DNA of 64,000 nt from a virus (taxonomy: Duplodnaviria; Caudoviricetes): the IMG/VR virus record IMGVR_UViG_3300008259_002461; one strand, 5' to 3'. The position numbers were made by a program, and so were the translations under genes. Below are positions 8,104 to 16,822 of the stretch, one piece after another; positions within the stretch are counted from its first letter, which is position 1, and each line of letters starts with the position of its first letter. The notes under the pieces were generated by a model, which did not search any database, was not told the origin of the DNA, and saw only the letters and a program-made list of their open reading frames with translations.

Positions 8104-11100
8104 TTATAGGCCCGCTATTTCTCCGGTATTCTTTAAGCGCAATGGAATGTAGATAAACTCAATTGCCTTAACTGGCTCAATTGCGACATCAACATAAAGT
8201 TCATTGCGGTCAATTCTGTTTGGAGTATTATTAGATTCGTCACATACAACTAAGTAGTCGTAAATGGCTCTCTGACCAACTAGTTCAAGTAATAAGCTCT
8301 CAACTGCTCCTTTAATTTCGTCTCTTGTGATCTTATCGTTAGGTTCAAAAATGTATGGTTTAGCTAATAACGTTAATTGACTACGTAGGTATACTACTAA
8401 ACGTGCTACGTTAATACGATCTAAAGCACTTGCATTTCTAGCGCGAGTTTTTTGACCAAAGTTTACCAAGCCAGCGCCAGCAATTGTAGTAATAGGATTA
8501 ACAGCGTTAGTATACAGTGTATCGCGCTGTCCTTCGTTTAGAGTTACGCTTACAAATTCACCTTCACTGTTAATATAACCAGTTGAACTTGCATTAGTAA
8601 TTCCGCCACGTCTTGTACCAGCTGGTGCAAACCATGGATTAGACACATTGTCGCTTAGTGCAATAGTGCGTAACATCATGTGACTTGGTGGTACAACAAT
8701 ATTATTACCAAAGTTATCGCTAGTAAAGCCCCATGGATAGAACACTGCAAGATATTCATCTCTTGTTGCTAAACCTTCGTCGTTGTCTTCAGCTACTTGT
8801 TTTACGTTAGTTGCCCATTCGTTTAATGTTGTAGCATTAGATTGTAATCTTGCAGGTGGATCACCTAATACAAATCCTGATAATCCACGATCATAGTTAA
8901 GGCTAACTAATTCACCAATTAGCTCTGGATATCCAGGTGCTGAAAGTATGTTAAAGATTCTTGAATCGTCATCACGTATGTCATCGTTGTTATTGATAAC
9001 AGCTTGCATAGCCTGTAATACAACTTTACGTTGTGCCTTGCGACCAAAGCTACCAGAACCATCATTTTGATTACCACTTTCTGTTACCCAACGATGTGGA
9101 TAATAGTTTCTCATGTCAGCATCTGCTAAACGTGTATTTTTATCGCCTGTGTTAATGTAGTTGCGAACAAATTTCTTAACATTAAATCCTGAACGGCGTA
9201 GATTCCATAGCAACATACCTTTTGGATACAATGCAGGATCTGGACAATCTGGATCAATATAGGCACTGCCTAGTAAATCTACTATTTCTGCCTTTGCGCT
9301 TGATTCGCCAGTTAAACTGTAACGTGCATCAGCAAATAATACACCGTTTTCTGTTGTTTGATCAGCTGAATCTAGTAACTCCCAGCGATCTGTTACTTCT
9401 CTATATTTGTAAACTGTAGGATAATTTTCTAAATCACTAGTATCAATCCATAAATCGCCAGTAACTAGATCAGTACCGTCGCTCTGTTTAGTTGGCTGTG
9501 TTGCACTTATAATAGGACCGCCAGGACTTGTTTTTGCAGTGTCTAATACATTATAGTAAGGACTTGCATCAATACCAGCTGCACCGGCAAACTGATATCC
9601 TACCCAAGTAGTTCCGTTGTGTACAAGAATGTCAACTTCATCGACAATAGAATTGTACCACAATGTACCATCTTCAGCTAATGTTGTAGGAGCATTTGAT
9701 CCAGGTGTATAAGATAATGGTCTCCAGTTAGTTAGTCTATATTCTTGTGGACTAGTTGCGCCGTTAGTGCCAGACTCGTATACAACATTTGGTGTTCCGG
9801 TGTTAGCGTCAACAAATGGACTAATACCTAACTGTGTAAAAATTCCAGCATTAGTTGACTGTCCTTCTACTAGACGAATTTCGCCGCCACGACTGTGTTT
9901 AATTAAAATTCTATTTGTACTGTCTACTTCAGCGGTTACAAATGGAACACCTGCTGAAGTAATAGCTTGCGCAACTGCATTAGCATCAGATGGAGCATCT
10001 TCTATATTTGCGTTTGCAATTAAAATTGTTACAGGTGTTGAAAATGCTGAACTTCCAGGTTCTGTTGCAGAAATAGTTAGATTGTAGCCAGCACCAGCAG
10101 TGTCAGTTAATCCAGTAATGATTCCTGATCTAATAGTAGTAGCACCAACCGCGTGTCTTCTATAAATTTTAAATGTTGCTAAAGGATTTGTATCTCCTGC
10201 CACGTTACTTTGAATAAACAATGCACCAATTGAAAGATTCTGTCCACCACCAATTCTGTCAAGTTCAAATATTGCTTGTTCAGCAGTTGGATAAATTGGT
10301 GCTTCAATGCTTTCAAATAATCTTGTTTCAGTATTCCAAAGTTTCACTCTCCAGCGAGCACCTGCGTTTGGTTCAGTAGTCTTGATCCATACAGAGCCTG
10401 TAGGACGTGGATTAGTGTCAGTTTCTTTAAAAGCAGGAACTTGTGTATGTTTTGCAATGTGCAATGATGGAGGATAAAAAGTCTTAGTTGATTGACTTTC
10501 AGTTAAAATCCCCATAGATACTAGAGCAGCTCCAGAACCGCCTTTAGATAGAACTACAGCGCCGGACAATGTTGAATCAGGACCTGATACTGCGCCGTCA
10601 CTGTAAATTACAAGTCTATTATCTTCTACACCAGCAGTAATGCCATTAATATTAAGATTATTAATTGTAGTAGCTAGCCCGGTCATAGTCATACCGCCAG
10701 TTACAGTAACGATACTGTCATTAATTAAGAATGTACCGCCTGACAGTGTTGGATTTGCTACAGTAGCTTTAACTGTTGGCCAACTAGTTCTCCATTCATC
10801 GCTACCAACTTCGACCCAGGTGCCGCTCTTATTTCTGTACCAGAATGTATTTAAGTTAGAAACAGCAACAACTGCATAATCACCAATTTGACCAATTGAA
10901 CCTAGTGGAGCGCCAGGATTAGATAATGTGCCAGTAACTTGTACAACTTCTGTCAGTACCAAAGGAACCTTATTTGTAAAGCTCTGTCCACCAGTTACAG
11001 TTATAGGATTGCTATTCCACTCTTGAATACCAAATTGAGATGTTTGTGTATCTAACCAATAAGTTCCAGCAGCAGGATCTGCTGACGGTACTGAAGAACT

Positions 11101-11463
11101 TGGTCTTAGAAGATTTAAATCAATAGGAGCTCTAACTACCCAAGCTCTGTTGCTTACTCCTAAGAATGAATAAGCTGCTTGCAGACCGTACTCATTTAGT
11201 TCACTACCGTGAATAGGATTATTATTAGAATCAATTTGAAACAACGGATCACCGAACGTGTCAGCTAAATCACGCTGTGAGGTTAGCAGGAATGGTTTAC
11301 CTGCATTTTGTGCTAGTGTGCCCTGAGCTACGCCTGATCCTGAAGCGTTAGTTTTGTTCTCAGCACTAGCAACGAATATAACTGGGGTTGTACCTGGTTC
11401 AGCTGGAGTGTAGAAACTTTCGTCTACAACGCTAACCTGTACGCCTGGTGATGTTAAAGCCAT
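8104..11463 (-). CDS. Tail sheath protein (T4 gp18-like), enlarged to 1119 aa by internal domains
   Basis: N-terminal SPGVQVSVVDES; C-terminal PWFAPAGTRRG, RDTLYTNAVNPI, GQKT, DRINVARL, IFEPND, VCDESNNTP, PVKAIEFIYI. Confidence 0.95.
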   Translation of the reverse strand: MALTSPGVQVSVVDESFYTPAEPGTTPVIFVASAENKTNASGSGVAQGTLAQNAGKPFLLTSQRDLADTFGDPLFQIDSNNNPIHGSELNEYGLQAAYSFLGVSNRAWVVRAPIDLNLLRPSSSVPSADPAAGTYWLDTQTSQFGIQEWNSNPITVTGGQSFTNKVPLVLTEVVQVTGTLSNPGAPLGSIGQIGDYAVVAVSNLNTFWYRNKSGTWVEVGSDEWRTSWPTVKATVANPTLSGGTFLINDSIVTVTGGMTMTGLATTINNLNINGITAGVEDNRLVIYSDGAVSGPDSTLSGAVVLSKGGSGAALVSMGILTESQSTKTFYPPSLHIAKHTQVPAFKETDTNPRPTGSVWIKTTEPNAGARWRVKLWNTETRLFESIEAPIYPTAEQAIFELDRIGGGQNLSIGALFIQSNVAGDTNPLATFKIYRRHAVGATTIRSGIITGLTDTAGAGYNLTISATEPGSSAFSTPVTILIANANIEDAPSDANAVAQAITSAGVPFVTAEVDSTNRILIKHSRGGEIRLVEGQSTNAGIFTQLGISPFVDANTGTPNVVYESGTNGATSPQEYRLTNWRPLSYTPGSNAPTTLAEDGTLWYNSIVDEVDILVHNGTTWVGYQFAGAAGIDASPYYNVLDTAKTSPGGPIISATQPTKQSDGTDLVTGDLWIDTSDLENYPTVYKYREVTDRWELLDSADQTTENGVLFADARYSLTGESSAKAEIVDLLGSAYIDPDCPDPALYPKGMLLWNLRRSGFNVKKFVRNYINTGDKNTRLADADMRNYYPHRWVTESGNQNDGSGSFGRKAQRKVVLQAMQAVINNNDDIRDDDSRIFNILSAPGYPELIGELVSLNYDRGLSGFVLGDPPARLQSNATTLNEWATNVKQVAEDNDEGLATRDEYLAVFYPWGFTSDNFGNNIVVPPSHMMLRTIALSDNVSNPWFAPAGTRRGGITNASSTGYINSEGEFVSVTLNEGQRDTLYTNAVNPITTIAGAGLVNFGQKTRARNASALDRINVARLVVYLRSQLTLLAKPYIFEPNDKITRDEIKGAVESLLLELVGQRAIYDYLVVCDESNNTPNRIDRNELYVDVAIEPVKAIEFIYIPLRLKNTGEIAGL

Positions 11464-11499
11464 TCTGTATCTCCTGTTGGAATTGGTTTTTCTTGTATA

Positions 11500-11570
11500 T
11501 ATTTACCATAAAAGGTACAAAACAGGCTTTATAACAGTTCAAAAAAGGGGTGAAAAAGGTGAGGTAAATA
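11500..11570. promoter_or_regulatory. Divergent pair of TAAATA late-promoter motifs (11500-11505 minus, 11565-11570 plus)
   Basis: One faces the sheath gene, the other lies 4 nt before ATG 11575. Confidence 0.5.
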
Positions 11571-11574
11571 CACT

Positions 11575-11910
11575 ATGCGACCATTATGTCAATGCGGCCA
11601 ACGACCCGCAGCAATAAATTATAAAAAAGAAGGTAAAACCTTCTATAGAAAGAAATGCGAGGTATGTTTACGCCACGGAGTAAACCACGGTGTACCAAAA
11701 TGGAAACAGTCGGGCTATGAGAAAAAAAATTATTGTGAAAAATGCGGATTTAAAAGCAAGCACCTAGAACAGTTTAATGTTTTTCATGTAGACGGAAAGT
11801 TAGAAAACTGTCGTCCTAGCAATTTAAAAACAATATGTGCAAACTGTCAACGTGTGCTTCAAAAAGAAGGCGTTAAATGGAAGCAGGGCGACCTTCGACC
11901 AGACTTTTAG
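11575..11910 (+). CDS. Cys-rich HNH-like / zinc-finger protein
   Basis: CQC, CEVC, CEKC, CANC; VFHVDGKLENCRPSNLKTICANCQ matches HNH spacing. Confidence 0.7.
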   Translation: MRPLCQCGQRPAAINYKKEGKTFYRKKCEVCLRHGVNHGVPKWKQSGYEKKNYCEKCGFKSKHLEQFNVFHVDGKLENCRPSNLKTICANCQRVLQKEGVKWKQGDLRPDF

Positions 11911-12505
11911 TCCTAGCAAACAATTGCTCTATTGTTCCGTTGTTGTCTAATTCGTAATCAAATTCAGTTCCTACCCATGCAGTTTCGCTAGCATGTATTT
12001 TTAAATGTTTTAATTCTTGTGCAGCCAAATTATGCCCTTGATTAGCAGATACAGCTAGGTTATACCAAGCAGGTAACTCTCCTCTTTTAACCAAAACAAT
12101 TTTTCCGCCAGAGTCTTTGATACTTTTGATTTCGTTTGGGAACCGACAGTCGCTTATAACCACATTATCTTTGCTATTGCGCAGTTTGTTCTCTAACGAT
12201 GCAATCCATATATCATCGTGAAAGCTTCTTCGACAAACTTCTGTGCCCCAATATTGCAGAACCCAGCGAGGAGTTAGTGTAGGTATTGCTAATCGTTCTG
12301 CCCACCACGGATCTACCTGTTCGCGCCACTCGCGAGCCTCTTTAGTTCGACCTTCAAGCATGGTACGATCCCAGCCAAACACTGCGGCGACCGCATCCTT
12401 TAGAGTTGATGCAAAACTTTCTCTTCTAAATTCATGAAAATTAACTAGATAGTCTGCAACAGTATCTTTGCCCGACCCAATAAAACCGCAAATACCAATA
12501 ATCAT
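11873..12505 (-). CDS. Deoxynucleoside monophosphate kinase (T4 gp1-like)
   Basis: IGICGFIGSGKDT P-loop, SFA..LK, R..LQYWGTE, VISDCRFPNE; GGAGG RBS. Confidence 0.93.
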   Translation of the reverse strand: MIIGICGFIGSGKDTVADYLVNFHEFRRESFASTLKDAVAAVFGWDRTMLEGRTKEAREWREQVDPWWAERLAIPTLTPRWVLQYWGTEVCRRSFHDDIWIASLENKLRNSKDNVVISDCRFPNEIKSIKDSGGKIVLVKRGELPAWYNLAVSANQGHNLAAQELKHLKIHASETAWVGTEFDYELDNNGTIEQLFARTKSLVEGRPASI

Positions 12506-12525
12506 ATAGCCTCCGTAGATGCTAT

Positions 12526-12554
12526 ATGTTACTTTATTTTTACAGTAAAGTCAA
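12526..12554 (-). promoter_or_regulatory. Sigma70-type promoter upstream of dNMP kinase
   Basis: TTGACT (12554-12549), 17 nt, TAACAT (12531-12526). Confidence 0.55.
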
Positions 12555-12561
12555 ATGATAA

Positions 12562-13320
12562 TTAACCAATTATAAAGCCGTAGCCGTTACCACCTGATAC
12601 TGCGGTTGCTACTTCTGTCTCTAATTTTTCCATTTCGGCTTGTGCTTCTGACTTGAGAGTGTCACCGTTGAGTTGACTGCCGCCCTGTGGTCCAGAAATA
12701 GTTGCAAATTTAGACCTTGCTTCACCTAGCATGTACTTGCAGGCTGCAAGCGTGTAGTCTTTAAGCCATTGTTTGGCCATATAGTCTTCGAGCAGTTGAC
12801 TATCTGGACGATAATTGTGTACATACAACATTAGTGTTTCGTCTGCTCGTGGACGTTGTAAAATAACTAATTTTTTAGTCACTGCGTTCCATCTAAATTC
12901 AATAAAACTACCAAACATACGTCCTACTAGTTCTTGGTACTGACTAAAAAAATCATATGTGGCTAATCCGCCCATGTTCGATGAACTTAGCAGGTATGTA
13001 TTTGTATAAGCTAAGTTAAATGGTTCAAAAATTGTGCCGCCATCGCCGCTGCCTGACCTACTGCCTACGCTTCTACGGAAAATTTGTCTAACTTCCATAA
13101 CTTCGTTGGGTAGTGTGTACTCGTTCTGATCAATCACAGTATTCATAAAGATATAACTATCCTCAACTGAGCCATCACTACGTTGGCGATAACGGGTGAG
13201 TGCTTTTGTCAGCCCTGTTTCGTAATGTACTGGGTCTAGTTCGACATCAACCATCCCACCGCCAAGCATAGCGTAGACATAGTCAAAAACTTCTTGTTTT
13301 TGTGTTTTTAAATCAGCCAT
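12562..13320 (-). CDS. Neck protein / head-tail adaptor (T4 gp13-like); start revised to 13320 (MADLKTQ)
   Basis: LGGGMVDVEL...WLKDYTLAACK..LGEARSKF...GG.QLNG..LKSEA pattern; GGAGA RBS before 13320, and the 13362 ATG lies inside the promoter palindrome region. Confidence 0.85.
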   Translation of the reverse strand: MADLKTQKQEVFDYVYAMLGGGMVDVELDPVHYETGLTKALTRYRQRSDGSVEDSYIFMNTVIDQNEYTLPNEVMEVRQIFRRSVGSRSGSGDGGTIFEPFNLAYTNTYLLSSSNMGGLATYDFFSQYQELVGRMFGSFIEFRWNAVTKKLVILQRPRADETLMLYVHNYRPDSQLLEDYMAKQWLKDYTLAACKYMLGEARSKFATISGPQGGSQLNGDTLKSEAQAEMEKLETEVATAVSGGNGYGFIIG

Positions 13321-13336
13321 ATAGTTCTCCGTACAG

Positions 13337-13357
13337 TATTTATCGTAGCGATAAATA
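13337..13357. promoter_or_regulatory. Perfect inverted repeat made of two back-to-back ATAAATA late promoters
   Basis: TATTTATCG-tag-CGATAAATA between divergent gp13-like and gp14-like genes. Confidence 0.7.
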
Positions 13358-13362
13358 TACAC

Positions 13363-14463
13363 ATGCCAAGATTATCCTTATACAAGCCTGAAAAAGGCAA
13401 AGATTACGAGTTTCTAGATAGACAAATTCTAGAAATGTTTACCGTTGGCGGTACTGATATCCTAATACACAAGTATATAGGTACAGATGACGGTACTACT
13501 GTAAAAGATGAAACACAGATTCAAGATGTTATGTTTGGTGAAAACCGTGATAGACGTTATGACCCTGATATTTACACCCATAGAGCAATCTATAACGTAC
13601 AAGATTTAGATTTTAACCTAAGTCAGTTTGGGTTATTTTTAAGTAACGACACACTGTTTATGACTATACATATTCGCAGTAGTGTAAAAACACTAGGGCG
13701 CAAAATTATGTCTGGTGACGTGATTGAATTACCTCATTTAAAAGATGAATATGCTCTTAACGATTATTCAATGGCGCTAAAAAGATTTTATGTTGTTGAA
13801 GAAGTCACAAGAGCAGCCGAAGGTTTTAGTCAAACTTGGTATCCACACTTGTATAGACTAAAACTTAAACAAATTTACGACGGGCAAGAATATAAAGACA
13901 TCCTTGATTTACCTGCAGACGAAGAAGCACCCGGTGGACCTAATCTAAGAGATTTTCTTAGTACATATGAAAGAGAAATGCAGATCAACGATGCTATTCT
14001 TGAAGAAGCTATTAGTGAAACACAACAAAGCGGTTACGACACTAGTCATTTTTTTACACTACAAGCAGATAGCACTGGTAAAACTGAATTAACACAAGTT
14101 CAAAATCCCGAAGGGTTTAGCGAAATGGCTAAGCCTGATCGACCGGGCTATCAAGGTTATCTTATTGGTACACTTGCTCCTAACGGAGAAGTATTTGGAC
14201 ATGGTATTGCATTTCCTAGTACACCGCAAGATGGTGATTATTTTTTAAGAACAGATTTTTTACCTAACAGGTTGTTCAAATATAAAAACAGTCGTTGGAA
14301 TAAGGTGCAGGACCTACGCCGTGCAGATATGATTAGTGCGGACACTGCAAATAATCAGAAGGGTGATTTTATTAACAACAGTTCTACATCAACAGTGGCA
14401 GGAGAAACGTTTGATCAACGACAATCTCTGTCAAAAGCACTTAGACCCAAGGCAGATAATTAA
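13363..14463 (+). CDS. Neck protein / head closure (T4 gp14-like) with C-terminal extension
   Basis: DFNLSQFGLFLSND...GDVIELPHL...FYVVEEV...WYPHLYRLKL pattern; between gp13-like and gp15-like genes. Confidence 0.8.
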   Translation: MPRLSLYKPEKGKDYEFLDRQILEMFTVGGTDILIHKYIGTDDGTTVKDETQIQDVMFGENRDRRYDPDIYTHRAIYNVQDLDFNLSQFGLFLSNDTLFMTIHIRSSVKTLGRKIMSGDVIELPHLKDEYALNDYSMALKRFYVVEEVTRAAEGFSQTWYPHLYRLKLKQIYDGQEYKDILDLPADEEAPGGPNLRDFLSTYEREMQINDAILEEAISETQQSGYDTSHFFTLQADSTGKTELTQVQNPEGFSEMAKPDRPGYQGYLIGTLAPNGEVFGHGIAFPSTPQDGDYFLRTDFLPNRLFKYKNSRWNKVQDLRRADMISADTANNQKGDFINNSSTSTVAGETFDQRQSLSKALRPKADN

Positions 14464-16109
14464 TGCAACATTTTTACGATGCTCAGATAAGACGTTATCT
14501 AACACAAATTGTTAGAATGATGAGTAACTTTAGTTATAAAGACGGCAAAGGTCGTTTAGTTCGTATTCCTGTAATGTACGGCGATTTAACTAGACAGGCT
14601 GCAAGTGTTATAAGTCAAAATTCAGAAAATAAAATTCCTAGTGCTCCAAGAATGGCTGTGTATATTACAGGACTAGAGATGGATAGAACTAGGACCGGTG
14701 ATAGTAGTTATGTTAACAAAGTTAATATTAGAGAGCGAGCGTTTGATAACTCAGGTAACGAATATTTAAAAACTGAAGGTAAAAATTACACAGTTGAAAG
14801 GTTAATGCCAACGCCTTATATATTAACTGTCAATGTTGACATATGGTCAACAAATACTGATCAAAAATTACAGATCATGGAACAGATATTAATGCTGTTT
14901 AATCCTAGTTTAGAAATACAGACCACTGACAATTATATTGACTGGACCAGCCTCAGTGTTGTAAATTTAGAAAGTATTACTTTCAGTAGTAGAACTATTC
15001 CCGCAGGTACAGAAAGTGAAATTGATATTGCTACATTAAATTTTACAACTCCTATATGGCTTACACCTCCAGCTAAAGTTAAGAAGCTCGGTGTCATTAC
15101 AAATATTATCACAGCTATATTTGCAGACAATGGTTTAGAAATTAACATGGACGACAGTGTATTTGCTGAAAGCCTTGTTAAGGAAGCAGTTATTGTAGAC
15201 GAGGACGGTGAGTTGACAACTACTACACGCAACGGAACCAGAGAAGGCATGACTTTTGAAACAGGCATTGTAGCATCAAGTCACAGAAACTACGACCTTG
15301 TGTTTTTAAATGGAGTTGCAAAACTTCTAGGAAGAGGTACAATTGGTGCAGAAACTTGGACAGGTTATTTAAAAGCTATTCCTGAAGTATTTGAGTCAGG
15401 CATAACTGAATTAAGATTACAACGTCGAGATAATTACGGTGACATTGTTGGTACTGTAAGTATTAATCCTCTCAATGAACGTGAACTGATAGTTAATCTA
15501 GATCCAGACACACTGCCTACTGATACTACAATTAACGGACCTAATGGTGCAAGAAGTAAAATTGATTATATTATAGATCCGTTGAAGTTTGACCCTAGAG
15601 GAATACTAACAGAAAGTCCAAGAATATTGTTATTAGGCAATGTTGGTCATACTTACAAACAACGTATTGTAACCACTACCAAAACTATGTTAATAGACAC
15701 AGGTGTGCCGTTTGAAGATGTTAGAGGTATTCGAGTATTAGTAAACGGCAACGAAGTGAATACTACAACTGAAACATGGAGTGATTCATCCAATGACTCA
15801 GAAACTTATAAAATTAAATTTCCTGCACTGTTGAACATTGGTGCAATAATTGATTACGAAATATATCTAGACGAAGACGGTCCTGATGCTTGGAAGAATC
15901 TAGATGGATCTGACTTTGCTGCGTTTGCAAATGATATAGTAGAGTGGGACGGTTCTCGTTGGCACATAGTATTTGATGCTTCTGCAACATCAACTGTTAC
16001 TTATACAACCAATTTAAACACAGGTACTCAATATAAATGGCAAGACAAAGAATGGGTGTTGTCATTTGAAGGAGAATATCCAGACGGTACTTGGAGATTA
16101 GCATACTAA
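14463..16109 (+). CDS. Tail terminator / sheath stabiliser (T4 gp15-like) with long C-terminal extension
   Basis: HFYD..IRRY...VPVMYG...PRMA..ITG...PTPY...V.I...NTDQ.LQI.EQIL..FNP...LNF pattern. Confidence 0.8.
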   Translation: MQHFYDAQIRRYLTQIVRMMSNFSYKDGKGRLVRIPVMYGDLTRQAASVISQNSENKIPSAPRMAVYITGLEMDRTRTGDSSYVNKVNIRERAFDNSGNEYLKTEGKNYTVERLMPTPYILTVNVDIWSTNTDQKLQIMEQILMLFNPSLEIQTTDNYIDWTSLSVVNLESITFSSRTIPAGTESEIDIATLNFTTPIWLTPPAKVKKLGVITNIITAIFADNGLEINMDDSVFAESLVKEAVIVDEDGELTTTTRNGTREGMTFETGIVASSHRNYDLVFLNGVAKLLGRGTIGAETWTGYLKAIPEVFESGITELRLQRRDNYGDIVGTVSINPLNERELIVNLDPDTLPTDTTINGPNGARSKIDYIIDPLKFDPRGILTESPRILLLGNVGHTYKQRIVTTTKTMLIDTGVPFEDVRGIRVLVNGNEVNTTTETWSDSSNDSETYKIKFPALLNIGAIIDYEIYLDEDGPDAWKNLDGSDFAAFANDIVEWDGSRWHIVFDASATSTVTYTTNLNTGTQYKWQDKEWVLSFEGEYPDGTWRLAY

Positions 16110-16122
16110 GATAATTATTAGT

Positions 16123-16554
16123 ATGAGTGATATAGTTTGTAGTGGTGCATTATTCTATGCACTAAATTCTAAACGTTTTTTGTTCTTACATAGAGCCCGA
16201 GGAAAACAGGGCAATATGTGGGGCCTTGTAGGCGGCACTAACGAAGGTGCAGAAACTCCCTGGGAAGGTCTTAAGCGAGAAATTGTTGAAGAAATTGGTT
16301 CTGTAGAGATTAAGAAAACAATACCTTTAGAAACATTTATTTCTAACGATAATAAATTTAGTTTTCACACATACTTGTGCGTTGTAAAAGAAGATTTTAT
16401 CCCTAAACTAAATGAAGAACATGACGGGTATGCTTGGGTATCATTTTCTCAATGGCCAAAACCTCTGCATCATGGGTTGCGAAACACTCTTCAGAATAAA
16501 ACAAATCTAGCTAAACTACAAACTGTATTTCAAGTCATTGATTTAATTAATTAA
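16123..16554 (+). CDS. Nudix hydrolase
   Basis: Nudix box GGTNEGAETPWEGLKREIVEEIG; LNEEHDGYAW. Confidence 0.9.
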   Translation: MSDIVCSGALFYALNSKRFLFLHRARGKQGNMWGLVGGTNEGAETPWEGLKREIVEEIGSVEIKKTIPLETFISNDNKFSFHTYLCVVKEDFIPKLNEEHDGYAWVSFSQWPKPLHHGLRNTLQNKTNLAKLQTVFQVIDLIN

Positions 16555-16555
16555 T

Positions 16556-16822
16556 ATGCTATCACTTAAAGATTCAGAAAGTTTTCAACGCGAATATTTG
16601 TTGTATAAAGCAGCTATAGAAAATATTGAAGTAGAATCTGCTCGAGAACGGGGTTTTTCTTTATTGGCCAAATTACGTGACTATTGCAATCTAATTGACG
16701 AAGGCCATAACTCGCGTAACAACGGAAATATAGATCCTAGGGCACTGCGAGATAATATTTTAGAACTAGTTGAGATTAGAAAAGAACTAACACAACTAGC
16801 AAAAGATTCTAAAATTAAATAG
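16556..16822 (+). CDS. Hypothetical helical protein
   Basis: 88-aa ORF starting 1 nt after the Nudix stop. Confidence 0.65.
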   Translation: MLSLKDSESFQREYLLYKAAIENIEVESARERGFSLLAKLRDYCNLIDEGHNSRNNGNIDPRALRDNILELVEIRKELTQLAKDSKIK

